Of a DNA stretch of 64,000 nucleotides, positions 1 through 10,170 are shown in pieces. The notes under the pieces are model-generated. The model was not told where the DNA came from. It searched no databases and was given only the letters and a program-made list of their open reading frames with translations. Made by a program: the position numbers and the translations under genes. The stretch's first letter is position 1, and each line of letters opens with the position of its first letter. Where the stretch lies: the IMG/VR virus record IMGVR_UViG_3300045988_175722, positions 32,001 to 96,000 of that record; one strand, 5' to 3'. This DNA comes from a virus.

Positions 1-383
1 TTGCCGAGCGTGGCGACAGCAATGTGAGTGTGCCTACCCACGAAATGCAGCTCTCGTTCTCCGCCGAGTACGTCAAGGCGGTAGCCAAGGCGTTCCCCAA
101 GCTTGTAGAGCAGGTGAAGGAAGCCAACAAGGAAAGAGACCCAGAAATCGTAAATCAGGATTTCAATGATGAGAATACTCATCTCTTCAAGGCAATCCGC
201 ACCCGCATGAATAAACGCATTGCGCAGCTCTATCAACCACAAGTCACCCCTCAGCAGACGTATCCACAGCAAGCCTACGGCACGGCTGGCAACGCCACCG
301 CATACGTGCCACCAGCAGATGGAGCAAATGATTATACCTCAATGCCAGGTTACAATGACCCGAACAGCGACCTGCCATTCTAA
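1..383 (+). CDS. C-terminal part of a protein with an SSB-like acidic tail (partial, runs off the window start)
   Basis: The frame is open from base 3. A Q/P/Y/G-rich linker precedes the terminal ...NDPNSDLPF, which resembles the D-(I/L)-P-F tip of SSB proteins. It lies directly upstream of the clamp gene. Confidence 0.45.
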   Translation, partial: AERGDSNVSVPTHEMQLSFSAEYVKAVAKAFPKLVEQVKEANKERDPEIVNQDFNDENTHLFKAIRTRMNKRIAQLYQPQVTPQQTYPQQAYGTAGNATAYVPPADGANDYTSMPGYNDPNSDLPF

Positions 384-405
384 TTAATAATTAATCATTG
401 GCTAT

Positions 406-439
406 GCGCCCCAGTTCCCAGCGATTCTATCGCCGGTCC
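406..439 (+). repeat. 32-nt hairpin motif, copy 1
   Basis: GCGCCCCAGTTCCCAGCGATTCTATCGCCGGTCC. It starts 22 nt after the previous stop and ends 26 nt before the dnaN ATG. Confidence 0.9.
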
Positions 440-465
440 ATCATCATCAACAAAAAAGCAGAAAA

Positions 466-1662
466 ATGAAAATACAAGCACAATCATCATTGACACTTCG
501 CAAAGCCCTACAGAAAGCCGCGAAGTGCATTGATAGTAAGAGTGCCATCGTCATCATGACCCAGGTGCTTCTTACCCAACGCAAATCAGATGGAAAGTTC
601 TTTTTTGTATCAGCCACCACTGATTCAGAACTTACCATCCCTGCCCCTCTCAGCATCGTAGAGGGCAGTTTCAAGGAAGATGCAGTTTTACCGATAGGCA
701 ATTTGCTCTCCCTTCTTTCCACCCTTCCTGCCGACTGTGTAGTCACCATGGAGCTATCTCAGGACAAGGAGCACAACATGAACATCGAGTACTGTACCCA
801 AAACGGTGACAACGTGAAGAAAGGAACCGTAAGCCTGGTTTATTTCAGCGCCGAGGATTTCACCCGTGCCGTGCAGCCCGAGAATATCAGTCTCCATATA
901 TCTTTGCCAATGGCAACCTTTGGCAATGTGCTCGCTCATGCAGGAAAATTCGTTGGAGACTCAGAGCTTAGACCTATCATGAACTGCCTCTGTATCGATG
1001 TATCAGAGGATAGGAGCGACGTTAAGTTCGTCGCATCAAATGGGCATGTCCTTATCAAGCTCACCCATACCAACGACCCTGAGACAGGAGGCAGCGATTT
1101 CTTCCGTGAGGGAACACCAGGCAAAATCCTGGTTCATAGCAGTTATTTCAAGACCTTGGCAATTTTTGATGATTGTGAGGATGTTGATATTGAGTGCAAC
1201 GAGAACATGGTGCGCTTTACATCGGGTGATATTACCTTCGTATGCAAGAAGGTAGAAGGTAAATATCCTAATTACGATTCTGTTATCCCTAAAAATAACC
1301 CTCATACGGTTATCTTGGATAAGCGAGAGTTGGCAAGCGTCGTAAAACGTGTAGCTCTCTTTTCTTCCGAAAGTAGTAATCTTATCGTGTTGAAGAAGAA
1401 CGGCATGTTCCTGGATATTACTGCCCAGGATCAGGACTTCAATATGTCGGCAACCGACCAGGTGCTTATCAATGACGGAACGTGCCCGGAAGGGTACCGA
1501 ATCGGTTTCAAGGCAAGCAGCTTGCTTGATTCTCTTGCACCTATCCCAAGCAATGAAGTCTGCCTGCATCTGGGCGACGTTAGTCGTGCGGGTACGATTA
1601 CCGCCAATGAGTCTTCGCCACTTGCATTGGCCCTGCTCATGCCGATGATTATGAATGATTAA
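466..1662 (+). CDS. dnaN: DNA polymerase III beta subunit (sliding clamp)
   Basis: 398 aa, the length of a three-domain clamp. It has EGKYPNYDSVIP and a C-terminal ...LLMPM, both typical of DnaN. Confidence 0.85.
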   Translation: MKIQAQSSLTLRKALQKAAKCIDSKSAIVIMTQVLLTQRKSDGKFFFVSATTDSELTIPAPLSIVEGSFKEDAVLPIGNLLSLLSTLPADCVVTMELSQDKEHNMNIEYCTQNGDNVKKGTVSLVYFSAEDFTRAVQPENISLHISLPMATFGNVLAHAGKFVGDSELRPIMNCLCIDVSEDRSDVKFVASNGHVLIKLTHTNDPETGGSDFFREGTPGKILVHSSYFKTLAIFDDCEDVDIECNENMVRFTSGDITFVCKKVEGKYPNYDSVIPKNNPHTVILDKRELASVVKRVALFSSESSNLIVLKKNGMFLDITAQDQDFNMSATDQVLINDGTCPEGYRIGFKASSLLDSLAPIPSNEVCLHLGDVSRAGTITANESSPLALALLMPMIMND

Positions 1663-1694
1663 CTTACATCAACTGATAAGATTAAGATAAGAAT

Positions 1695-2411
1695 ATGGAC
1701 GATACCTTACTCTTTATTCCGCCCTGCTGTGTAGATAAAAAACTGCCCAAGGCTGTAATGCAGGCACCACGGCGGGCGTTGAGCTTCTATACTCAGGGCG
1801 ATGTGAAGATAGACCAATTCTTCCATGCCATCGGATATTTAGCCGACCCTGCCCTCAGCCGAGCAACAAAGAACCATTTCAGTGTCATGGTGCTAGCCAT
1901 GACCGTGAGCCGAACTTCAGCCACCGGGTACATCACTCACTACCTTCAACTTTGTTTTGAGCGTGGATGGATCACTCACCTGGTACTATCTACCGATAGA
2001 AATGTAGAGGATTGGCTGAACGTTCATCTTCGGGAATACAAGGATAGAATCCTTTACGTACATCACAAAGACGTAACTGCCCAGACTTCACACATGGTTC
2101 TCTATAACGAGGAGAAGGCTTTCACCTTGGCAGGGCCGATGCTCGACACATCTACAAGTAAGCTGTCACATTATTCGATGGTGTTCTACCCTGACTATGC
2201 TGCCTGGGACCATTCGTCCGATTGGTCTAACCCGCTAAGGAATATCTGCTTTCCTGATATATTGCGGCACAGACAAAAAGTAGTCAAAGAGAAGCGAAAG
2301 ATAAAGAGTATCATCCTCGACCGCTTCTTGCAAGCGTCTCTGCCTCCTTATGCAGAGGATATGGAGCCGGATAACCGTCATGATTATCATGATTTCGGTA
2401 ATGTAATGTAG
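1695..2411 (+). CDS. hypothetical protein
   Basis: 238-aa co-oriented ORF tightly spaced after dnaN. A weak HxK-like stretch (LYVHHKDVTAQTSH) is not enough to call a PLD-family nuclease. Confidence 0.6.
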   Translation: MDDTLLFIPPCCVDKKLPKAVMQAPRRALSFYTQGDVKIDQFFHAIGYLADPALSRATKNHFSVMVLAMTVSRTSATGYITHYLQLCFERGWITHLVLSTDRNVEDWLNVHLREYKDRILYVHHKDVTAQTSHMVLYNEEKAFTLAGPMLDTSTSKLSHYSMVFYPDYAAWDHSSDWSNPLRNICFPDILRHRQKVVKEKRKIKSIILDRFLQASLPPYAEDMEPDNRHDYHDFGNVM

Positions 2412-2441
2412 GCAGGCATGAACCAATAAATATATATCACC

Positions 2442-2753
2442 ATGGCAAGATATACCCAATCTTATCAAAGTCTTCGCCAGTTCTGCGAGAAGTGGCAATG
2501 GATAGACCCACGCAGCGGGCAGCAGGTAACTGGCTATGTGCATCCGCAGACGGCGAGGAAGGTAGAACGCAAGCCGTTCTACATCAAGTTCCTCACCAAG
2601 ACGGGGCATGTAGATGAAGGCGAATGCGTCTGCCTGAAGGTAGATGTGCTGCGCCACCAGCGAAAAGTGCAGTTCGTCAACAGTAAGCAGATAAGAGTGG
2701 TGAATGACATCCTGGTATTAGAAGTAGATGGCACTAGGTTCATCACCCATTGA
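2442..2753 (+). CDS. hypothetical protein
   Basis: 103-aa co-oriented ORF with no recognisable family. Confidence 0.55.
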   Translation: MARYTQSYQSLRQFCEKWQWIDPRSGQQVTGYVHPQTARKVERKPFYIKFLTKTGHVDEGECVCLKVDVLRHQRKVQFVNSKQIRVVNDILVLEVDGTRFITH

Positions 2754-3012
2754 CAAGTCTTCATGTTTTTAGATTTAAATAAATTTTGTTTTTAAACTCT
2801 AAGTTGTTCATCTTTTAGGTGATCTTTTTAGGTGAATCAAAACTATTTCATAATGGTTATTACGATAGGCTTTCAGTGGAAAGCAAAAACGTGATAATAG
2901 TGTGTTGTTAAAGCAATGTGGGGGCATTTTACTCATTTCCCCTACACCTCCCCGGTGCGTGAGCATAGGGCGTTTTTTGATTAGAATATTCATTTAAAAC
3001 AAGATATTTATT

Positions 3013-3633
3013 ATGGTAGAAATTCCATTATTAATAAAAGGCCTCGCTCTCATCCTGGTGGTAGCAGGCATCGCAGTCCTTATCTTCAAGAGGCTTAAGA
3101 AGAGAAAGACGGGGAATGCGTTAAAAAACATAAGCTCCATCGCCGCTTTAATTGCGAAGTGGGAGCGTTCGGGCTTGCTTCATTGGCAGGTAAAAGGCAA
3201 GACTCTTTTGCTGGAACAGAGCCTCGCGGTCTCTGTGATGTCGCTGGGAGAAGAACTTTTCAAGAAGTTTCTCAATCTTCTGGCGCAGTTTAAGAATGCT
3301 GAACTGGTAGGTAATGCCTACGAGCAGCAGCGTCTAGACCTGGAGACGACAGCCGTGCGCAAGGCACAGGAACAGACCCAGGCCAAACTCACCGATATTG
3401 ATATTCAGCGCATTCGTCAGGATGCACGCAAGGATATGCAGCACATCGACATGAAGAGCATCATGGATGCCATTCATGAATTTGATATAATGATTATCCG
3501 CAGTAACGCCATCTCATCTGCCGATGCCACCCAGGAAGGTGGGCAGTTAGTAGCCATCGGTCATTTCGACGGCAAGAAGGTGGAAATGGCAATGTGGGAT
3601 GAAATCAAGCACGATTTAAATACAGAAAAATAA
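3013..3633 (+). CDS. membrane-anchored coiled-coil protein (hypothetical)
   Basis: N-terminal hydrophobic helix LLIKGLALILVVAGIAVLIF followed by a charged helical region. Confidence 0.6.
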   Translation: MVEIPLLIKGLALILVVAGIAVLIFKRLKKRKTGNALKNISSIAALIAKWERSGLLHWQVKGKTLLLEQSLAVSVMSLGEELFKKFLNLLAQFKNAELVGNAYEQQRLDLETTAVRKAQEQTQAKLTDIDIQRIRQDARKDMQHIDMKSIMDAIHEFDIMIIRSNAISSADATQEGGQLVAIGHFDGKKVEMAMWDEIKHDLNTEK

Positions 3634-3644
3634 AGTCCTCGCTT

Positions 3645-4013
3645 ATGAAAGCAATCGTGATAGCCAAAGAGTCTTGGCTGTGCAGTCAACTGAGCATAGC
3701 CAAGTATTCTGGAGGTATTGATATATCAGATCAGGAAAATGGTACACGCCATTTCCTGGTAGTAGATGGAAAAGGTAAGCCTTACCAAGGCAAACTACTC
3801 CCTAGTGTACCTGCCGATTTGATAGATAAGGAGTTTATTCCTCTCTATCGAAAATTGGGCAGAGAAAAGTTTATATCCCTCGTATCAGGGAATCCTCTAG
3901 CCTCCCGCAAGGAGTTAAAACAGATACTGTCTGATGCAGTTCTGTCAGAGAAAGCGGAAAAGGCGGCAAGAGAAGAGAAACTGAAAGCACAGAATCCTTC
4001 CCTTTTCGATTAG
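3645..4013 (+). CDS. hypothetical protein
   Basis: 122-aa ORF starting 11 nt after the previous stop. Confidence 0.55.
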   Translation: MKAIVIAKESWLCSQLSIAKYSGGIDISDQENGTRHFLVVDGKGKPYQGKLLPSVPADLIDKEFIPLYRKLGREKFISLVSGNPLASRKELKQILSDAVLSEKAEKAAREEKLKAQNPSLFD

Positions 4014-4052
4014 ATAAAATACTTTTTAATACAATTAAAGATTTATAGAGAA

Positions 4053-4538
4053 ATGAGAACATTAGAAGAATTTCAGAAAGAAGTCCTTGCGCCATTGCGT
4101 AAGGAGAGAGATGACAAGCATGCAGCAGCTTTGAAGATCAAGACCGATGCCGGTGCTGCGTTTGCAAAGCGCAAGAAGGAAATCGTAGAGAAGGAAGGGG
4201 AGTACAAGGAGTATCAGAAACTTTGTCTGAAAGAATTTCTTAGCAAGCAGGCCTTAGAGAAGAAATCTTTCTTCGTCTTGCAAGATGCCGAGCGTACCGA
4301 TGCTCACGCCCAGTATTTAAAAGCGAATCAAGAATACAAGGCAGCTAAACGCCGTGCCAACGAGGAGTATATGGATAAGTTAGCCGTAGCCTTCGCTGAG
4401 TACAACAAGGACAGGGTAGCAGCAGGTGAACAGCCTGTATCTTACGACAACTGCCGCGAGAAATCACCCGAGGGTTGTAAGGCAGTTTATAGCGAAAATG
4501 GGTGGCCAGCAGACCCGGCACAGGAGGCAGAAGCATGA
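4053..4538 (+). CDS. hypothetical K/E-rich protein
   Basis: 161-aa ORF preceded by the AAAGATTTATAGAG leader motif. Confidence 0.55.
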   Translation: MRTLEEFQKEVLAPLRKERDDKHAAALKIKTDAGAAFAKRKKEIVEKEGEYKEYQKLCLKEFLSKQALEKKSFFVLQDAERTDAHAQYLKANQEYKAAKRRANEEYMDKLAVAFAEYNKDRVAAGEQPVSYDNCREKSPEGCKAVYSENGWPADPAQEAEA

Positions 4539-4632
4539 GTTTCCGGAACACGAAAACCCCGTTTAAACCTACCGGCAAGGCGAAGTACCAGGCTGTGGTA
4601 AGTAACGACAAACAATAAACAACAATAAAAAC

Positions 4633-5727
4633 ATGAACACAAGACAACAAAATATACTTCGCTCTCTCTTGAAGAAGTACAAATATAAGAGCGTAAGCAA
4701 CGTGGTTCGTCAGGCACTTGAAATCAACTTCGAGAATTTCCTGCAGAAGACGGAACCCCTCTACGTTATCCCTCGCATCGCTTCCTGCTACGCCGATGAG
4801 CAGGATAAGCAAAAACTGAATGGCATCATTTATAAGGAGTGGCTTAAAGACGTGGTGGAGAAAGCCTGGGTAGCGCCACTTAATGCCTACACCGAGGAAT
4901 ACGGCGAGCGCATCGTACTCTCAGCCATCTACTACCTCATCGACAATGGCCTATGGGAGTCCTACGAGGGTCGCCTGGCCCTCGATGTCCAGGAAGATAA
5001 TTACTACGACAAACTGGGAGATATGCCTTCCGCCATCGCCATGGTCCAGGAGCAGCAAGCCGAGGAGAAAAAGGCAGAAGAAAAGAAAGCCGCCGAGCAA
5101 GCCGCCACCCAGCAGCGAGCCGATGCCTCGTCACGTCCCCCTCTCGCATCCGTCCCCAGCGATTCCATCGCTGGTCAAAAAGAAGCCGCTCCCGGCTATA
5201 CCCTAACTGCCGAAGAAGCCGCAACCCTCATCGCTACCACTTCCGATACCTGCTCTCAGCTAAAGCAGAATATTGAGCGCTTGTTTGATTTCATCCATAC
5301 CGCCACTGATGCCGATACCTTGCGTCAGAAGCTTGCCACTCTTCAGCATCAGCTAGAAGATCAGAAAGCCGAGCATCAGAAAGAAGTTACCGCCATGCAG
5401 CAGAAAATCGATGATGCCTATACTACAGCGAATAAGGCAAGCGATTATATCTCAACTCTGCGCCAGAAAGCCCAGGAAGCCCAGAAGCAATACGATGAGC
5501 TGAATGCCAAATACAAGAAAGCCCTGGACGAGCGTGATGATGCTGACAAGGAGTTGGAAACCTGCAAGAAGCTCCTCGAAGAGGAAGCCAATCGTGAGCA
5601 GCTTCCCAAGAAGAAAATCATCCCTTACAGCGTATTGGATGCTGTTCCTCTTTTGGGCAAGGGAGTAATGACGGGCTTGGTACCCGTCCTCGCTAAGTAC
5701 AACATCGTGATAGATTACAACAAGTAG
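4633..5727 (+). CDS. hypothetical protein with acidic/coiled-coil C-terminal half
   Basis: 364-aa ORF carrying an in-frame copy of the 32-nt hairpin motif (reads ...ASVPSDSIAGQ...). Confidence 0.6.
   Translation: MNTRQQNILRSLLKKYKYKSVSNVVRQALEINFENFLQKTEPLYVIPRIASCYADEQDKQKLNGIIYKEWLKDVVEKAWVAPLNAYTEEYGERIVLSAIYYLIDNGLWESYEGRLALDVQEDNYYDKLGDMPSAIAMVQEQQAEEKKAEEKKAAEQAATQQRADASSRPPLASVPSDSIAGQKEAAPGYTLTAEEAATLIATTSDTCSQLKQNIERLFDFIHTATDADTLRQKLATLQHQLEDQKAEHQKEVTAMQQKIDDAYTTANKASDYISTLRQKAQEAQKQYDELNAKYKKALDERDDADKELETCKKLLEEEANREQLPKKKIIPYSVLDAVPLLGKGVMTGLVPVLAKYNIVIDYNK
5141..5176 (+). repeat. 32-nt hairpin motif, copy 2 (intragenic)
   Basis: ...CGTCCCCAGCGATTCCATCGCTGGTC inside ORF 4633-5727, in frame. 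Confidence 0.85.
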
Positions 5728-5739
5728 AAGGTATAGCGT

Positions 5740-6441
5740 ATGGATCAAGGAGTAATCAATTTTGATAAGATATTCCCAAAGAATGATAGCGATGAACCTA
5801 TTGTAGTAGTTTCTACCTTTTATGGTGATGAATACACCGATAGGTCAGCCTACCTAAAGTTCAATAATGCCATCATGCGTATGGGTGAACCCAGGGATGT
5901 GGATCATACAGAAACAGATGTGGAGTTCGTTACTCGTAATGAGGCGGGTAGTCTTTATGCCGTGGTATATCATTATCGGGATGGTAGTGTAGATTCCGAT
6001 ATGTTGGTTAAGGCGAAAATTGGAGGTTGGATGTTCCATCGTTTCAAGTTGCGCTTCCATCCTAATTTCGTGAGTGCCTATATCCCGTCGATATACGGTT
6101 ACAAGCGACTCACAGAACCGCAGATAGCACAAGAGTTGGCTCAGGTTCCTGCGTTTCCAACCAAGATGGCAACGATAGAAGATTATGTTTTTGCACTGTT
6201 CCCTGGAGGTATAATGATTGCGAAGTGTGCCATCAATAATGAGAATGAAGCAACTTCCATTGAAGCGATAGATTTTGTTCCTTACGAATCTTTTGCGCGA
6301 GATGAAATCAGGTATTTTTATCAGCGATTACTCCATCGCTATATATCAATCGGAGACTTGAATGTCGATGATTTCCCCGAAGACTTGATAAGGAAAGTTC
6401 TGGAGAATAGTCTTAAAAAAAATGAAAAAGAAATATGGTAA
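5740..6441 (+). CDS. hypothetical protein
   Basis: 233-aa ORF with start context TAGCGTATG. Confidence 0.6.
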   Translation: MDQGVINFDKIFPKNDSDEPIVVVSTFYGDEYTDRSAYLKFNNAIMRMGEPRDVDHTETDVEFVTRNEAGSLYAVVYHYRDGSVDSDMLVKAKIGGWMFHRFKLRFHPNFVSAYIPSIYGYKRLTEPQIAQELAQVPAFPTKMATIEDYVFALFPGGIMIAKCAINNENEATSIEAIDFVPYESFARDEIRYFYQRLLHRYISIGDLNVDDFPEDLIRKVLENSLKKNEKEIW

Positions 6442-6458
6442 ATAAGTAAAACAAAGTT

Positions 6459-6839
6459 ATGAAAGAAGAAAATAATAATAATGTAAACGAGCAGCAGGCT
6501 AAAATCGAAGAAAGACGTAAAGTTATGACTATCTACAATAAGATAATAGCCATTGCTGATAAAATCACCGATGATTATAACGATGATTTTGATACAACTC
6601 CAAATCACGAATTGTTAGCTATCGGAGTCTTCCTGCGCCGTATGGAGTCTTCACTGATAGATAAAGATGCAATACGCAAGGATGGCAAGCCTTGGGGCGA
6701 TCAGACTCCCGGCTCAAACGAGGAGCCTACCTACGCCAGTATGCTGGATGTTATCGAGAAAGGCTACGAGATAGGACAAATGACCGAATGTAAAACTTCG
6801 GAAGAACCGGACCAAACATCTGAAGACAATGGCAAATAA
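6459..6839 (+). CDS. hypothetical acidic protein
   Basis: 126-aa co-oriented ORF. Confidence 0.5.
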   Translation: MKEENNNNVNEQQAKIEERRKVMTIYNKIIAIADKITDDYNDDFDTTPNHELLAIGVFLRRMESSLIDKDAIRKDGKPWGDQTPGSNEEPTYASMLDVIEKGYEIGQMTECKTSEEPDQTSEDNGK

Positions 6840-7434
6840 AATAAAGATAAGCGGTTCCACTCCTGTTAAGTATGGACCGCACGATTTTCAGTTGGGCGAT
6901 TACGTTTATGCTCCCGTATCTCTCAATGATCCGTCACAGGGGAATCAGTTGGCTTATATCACCCAGCAGGATGATGAGTTTTGTCTTATCATCTTTGCAC
7001 AGACAGGCTGCATGGCTAGCAGAGAGTATGAAGACCTTTACCTTGTGCCGATAACGGAGGAATGGTTGAAGGAGAATCCGCAGGTATTTACATCTGCAGG
7101 TTATGTAGCTCAGCCGGGTAATGGTTTTCGTTTCGCATTTCAATATATGTTCTCTGCCAAGCGCTTTAACAGTGATTACTATATCTTGGCCTACGAACTG
7201 CATTACGAAAATGAAGAAGAATACCAGCGTTTGGTAGGAGAGGGTTTGAATTATTTCACCTGTCTCAAAGAGTCGCAGGGTAAGATTACGGTTGCACAGA
7301 TTGCTCGCAGTTCTAATACCGCGAAGTTGGTAATCGGAGTCGCGCAGGCAATAAGCATTCACGACCTGCAGCATTTCCTCCGTTTTTGCGGTTGCGGGGA
7401 GTTAAAGATTCCCCAGTCTTTACTTGAAGATTAA
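6829..7434 (+). CDS. hypothetical protein, paralog family B
   Basis: Its C-terminal IHDLQHFLRFCG matches IHELQHFLFGLG of ORF 11071-11652. Confidence 0.6.
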   Translation: MANKIKISGSTPVKYGPHDFQLGDYVYAPVSLNDPSQGNQLAYITQQDDEFCLIIFAQTGCMASREYEDLYLVPITEEWLKENPQVFTSAGYVAQPGNGFRFAFQYMFSAKRFNSDYYILAYELHYENEEEYQRLVGEGLNYFTCLKESQGKITVAQIARSSNTAKLVIGVAQAISIHDLQHFLRFCGCGELKIPQSLLED

Positions 7435-7465
7435 GAATTGAAGAATAAGATAAAATAATAAGTAT

Positions 7466-8035
7466 ATGAAGATATTCAAACTAAAAGAAGGCACCAAGTC
7501 CTACGATTGGGTAAAAGACGTGATGGCAAAAGAACTCGAAGAAAAGAATGCGTATGGCAGACGAGTTCAGGAGGCGATGGGCATTCCTCTAGGTAATTGT
7601 ATCTATCGTCACGCCAATTTTTCCTATGCCCGAAAAACGATTATCCACAAGTTTGAGTTTACTCTCGAAGAGTATGCTAAAATGGATAAAGACGTATGGA
7701 AGAAACTCGGTGGCGGTGAATCTGTCGTATATGTGGTCCCTAACCCGATAAACGAGCAGGGCAAACGTATCAGAGAGGCAATGCAATCGTACAATCCTGC
7801 AACCTGCCATGCCGAAATTTTGAAAAAGCTAGGCTTAAAGTCCATGGTTCGGGAAATTGATACCACTCCCGTTAGTCTTTTCACTCACGAGAGTAAATAT
7901 TACTTCGTCCTTGCAGATGACAACATCATTCTCGCCGATGATAATAACGATGAGATAGAGCTGATAACTGAGGACGATGCCAAACGCCTAACCGGTTTCA
8001 AAGATGAGCGGATAGATTATAGCAAGAAGCAGTAA
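7466..8035 (+). CDS. hypothetical protein, paralog family A
   Basis: The N-terminus (KLKEGTKSYDWVK) and central region (VPNPINEQGKRI...ILKKLGL) align with ORFs 10516-11037 and 11994-12542. Confidence 0.6.
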   Translation: MKIFKLKEGTKSYDWVKDVMAKELEEKNAYGRRVQEAMGIPLGNCIYRHANFSYARKTIIHKFEFTLEEYAKMDKDVWKKLGGGESVVYVVPNPINEQGKRIREAMQSYNPATCHAEILKKLGLKSMVREIDTTPVSLFTHESKYYFVLADDNIILADDNNDEIELITEDDAKRLTGFKDERIDYSKKQ

Positions 8036-8036
8036 T

Positions 8037-8156
8037 ATGGTTATGACACTTGGACAATGTTTAGATTTACGGCTTATACTTCTTGTAGTATTCGTAATAT
8101 CCCTTATCGTGTTGATGGAGCAGATAGCAGAGTATTTTTATTTTAAAAAAAGATAA
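8037..8156 (+). CDS. small membrane protein (39 aa, hypothetical)
   Basis: The hand translation MVMTLGQCLDLRLILLVVFVISLIVLMEQIAEYFYFKKR contains one hydrophobic helix and fills an otherwise empty gap. Confidence 0.35.
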   Translation: MVMTLGQCLDLRLILLVVFVISLIVLMEQIAEYFYFKKR

Positions 8157-8163
8157 TAGTGGT

Positions 8164-8385
8164 ATGAAGATAAAAATTGTTTCGGAATGCCTTCCTGGAT
8201 TCTTTGATGGGGATAGACTTCCAGCTTTTGCGGATAAAATGAAGTATTTCATCATGTACAAAAAACATTGGTGGCAGAGGTATAGATACTTTAATGATTA
8301 TTTCGGCCGCCCCATGAAGTTTGGCAGCCAAGAGGAAGCCGAAGAGTATCTGGAAAGGAAAGGTATAAATTATAAGGGAAAATAA
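8164..8385 (+). CDS. hypothetical protein
   Basis: 73-aa co-oriented ORF. Confidence 0.45.
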   Translation: MKIKIVSECLPGFFDGDRLPAFADKMKYFIMYKKHWWQRYRYFNDYFGRPMKFGSQEEAEEYLERKGINYKGK

Positions 8386-8387
8386 CT

Positions 8388-8843
8388 ATGGCAAAGAAAG
8401 AAGATCCAAAGAAAGAACCGGCAGAAGAATATGCAGGTTTAGGTAAGGAAGTCTTCATCTGTAAGAGAAAAGACTTCGGCAATCCTTCCCTGTGGCACAA
8501 AGTTTCTCTTGCCGATAATGGCACAGTTGCTATCTTCAGCGATTCTGCCACAGGTAAGCAAACGAGCAAGAAAAAGCCCCGTAGTTTCACCGGCACTTTC
8601 ATACTGGTAGATGATAAGAAAGCACGATATGAAGCTCAGATGTTGGCAGTAACGGTCTTGCCAGTATTCAGCAAGTCTATACTATCCATCACCATGCCTC
8701 ATGTGCCATTCCAGATGCGGGACGAGTTTACGAAGTTATATCGCAACCCTATCAATTTCTTCTATAATGAATTGGATGACCGCTTATCTTACTCTATCCG
8801 GAAGTCGAAGTGGTTTCCATCGTTGGTAAAAAAAAGTAGGTAA
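8388..8843 (+). CDS. hypothetical protein
   Basis: 151-aa ORF starting 2 nt after the previous stop. Confidence 0.55.
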   Translation: MAKKEDPKKEPAEEYAGLGKEVFICKRKDFGNPSLWHKVSLADNGTVAIFSDSATGKQTSKKKPRSFTGTFILVDDKKARYEAQMLAVTVLPVFSKSILSITMPHVPFQMRDEFTKLYRNPINFFYNELDDRLSYSIRKSKWFPSLVKKSR

Positions 8844-8844
8844 T

Positions 8845-9600
8845 ATGGCAGAAGAAAGTTTTTCAAAGCAGATCTATACCCTCGAAGACTTGGCAAATGA
8901 TATGTTCTGGCGAGACTCGAAAGAATTCCCGGCAGACCAGGTTTATTGGAACCACGGTCTTTGGGCAGAACAGGAGCGTTTACGCAAAGCTCTCGATAAA
9001 GGTATAGTGATTGACAATGAATGGTGCAATGAGAACTTCTGCATTCCGAGAACCCTGCATCATGGAATGTATGAATACTTAAAAGGTGCCGACGAGTTTC
9101 GTCACAGAGTAGGAGTTGTCTTGAACTATGGCGATAAATTTACGCAAGATGGTGCGTGCTCGTCCTTCTATTCAGGAGATACGAAATACCAGCAGCGTCC
9201 TGCACCCGATTACGTCGCTCGTTATTTTGCTAAAAGAAGACAGACTATGACAGAGAAAAAAGTGTTATCCCTCGTCCTGGAAAAGAAATGGTTCAAGAAA
9301 ATCGTTTCGGGCGAGAAGACGGAAGAATATCGGGAAATCAAACCCTATTGGGCTTCCCGACTGGTAAATCAGCAAGCCGAAAGTGGCGAGGTATTGTTTG
9401 ATGAGTTTGGCGGCTATTGCCGTGTACTAGGCGAGCCGGAATACAAACCCTTTACCCACGTCCTCCTCTATGGCGGTTACGCCAAGGGGCGCCAGGTAGT
9501 AGAGAAGAAAATCGAAAGCATCTCCATCGGCAAACCGCAGAAGGGTATGTGTCCCGAAGAGTGGTTAAATAAAGATGTTTTCATCATCAAATTCAAGTAG
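8845..9600 (+). CDS. hypothetical protein with ASCH-like C-terminal domain
   Basis: KVLSLVLEKKWFKKIVSGEKTEEYREIKPYW resembles the ASCH/PUA-like fold signature. This is a pattern match only. Confidence 0.55.
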   Translation: MAEESFSKQIYTLEDLANDMFWRDSKEFPADQVYWNHGLWAEQERLRKALDKGIVIDNEWCNENFCIPRTLHHGMYEYLKGADEFRHRVGVVLNYGDKFTQDGACSSFYSGDTKYQQRPAPDYVARYFAKRRQTMTEKKVLSLVLEKKWFKKIVSGEKTEEYREIKPYWASRLVNQQAESGEVLFDEFGGYCRVLGEPEYKPFTHVLLYGGYAKGRQVVEKKIESISIGKPQKGMCPEEWLNKDVFIIKFK

Positions 9601-9602
9601 CA

Positions 9603-9740
9603 ATGGTAAAGAGAGAAGAGAAATGTTGTGGTAACTGCTTCTGGTTTGACAACGAGGATGCTTATGGACAAGGCTGGTGTATTGATGAGCAGTGCGAAGT
9701 ATCCTGCGGCAGCATTTGTGGTAATCATTTAAACAGATAA
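9603..9740 (+). CDS. small Cys-rich protein (45 aa, hypothetical)
   Basis: Hand translation MVKREEKCCGNCFWFDNEDAYGQGWCIDEQCEVSCGSICGNHLNR. It fills the gap between flanking genes. Confidence 0.4.
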   Translation: MVKREEKCCGNCFWFDNEDAYGQGWCIDEQCEVSCGSICGNHLNR

Positions 9741-9744
9741 GCGT

Positions 9745-10167
9745 ATGACACAAGAAGAATATATTAAATCATATCCTACTATACCCTGTACTGAGAGTGT
9801 AGATGCTGATGAGCTGGCAGAAGGTAGAATATATGCCGCAGAAACAATAGAAGCGGATTCGATATTAAAAAGGTCGTTTCTTTGCGTGAAGCAGGTATAT
9901 CCTCAAGGCCTTGGAGTCTCACTTTATTTCGGAGTATATTTTGAAATAAATGGTACACTGGTTCATATATTGGATTCTCAAGCAGAACATTACCAGAGTG
10001 TGGCTTCTTCGCAATATGCCAATTTTATATATAAGAATATAGGCATACGACGAATTGACAATTACCATTTCTTTATCCCTGGCCAAGGGCAGGTAAAGAA
10101 CGCCTTAAATATTCTCAGCAGTTTGGGGTATGAGTTTGTGGACGGTGAGATAAGAAAAAAGAAGTAG
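9745..10167 (+). CDS. hypothetical protein, paralog family C
   Basis: The C-terminal ...LSSLGYEFVDGEIRKKK resembles ...LREIGYELKNGEMIKIDE of ORF 15263-15880. Confidence 0.55.
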   Translation: MTQEEYIKSYPTIPCTESVDADELAEGRIYAAETIEADSILKRSFLCVKQVYPQGLGVSLYFGVYFEINGTLVHILDSQAEHYQSVASSQYANFIYKNIGIRRIDNYHFFIPGQGQVKNALNILSSLGYEFVDGEIRKKK

Positions 10168-10170
10168 CGT

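Noticed and set aside
2808-2993. Minus-strand ORFs in intergenic gaps (2808-2993 and 32613-32846)
   Set aside because: They are opposite in orientation to all neighbouring genes, lie in AT-rich repeat-containing intergenic DNA, and have no recognisable motifs. They are more likely chance ORFs.
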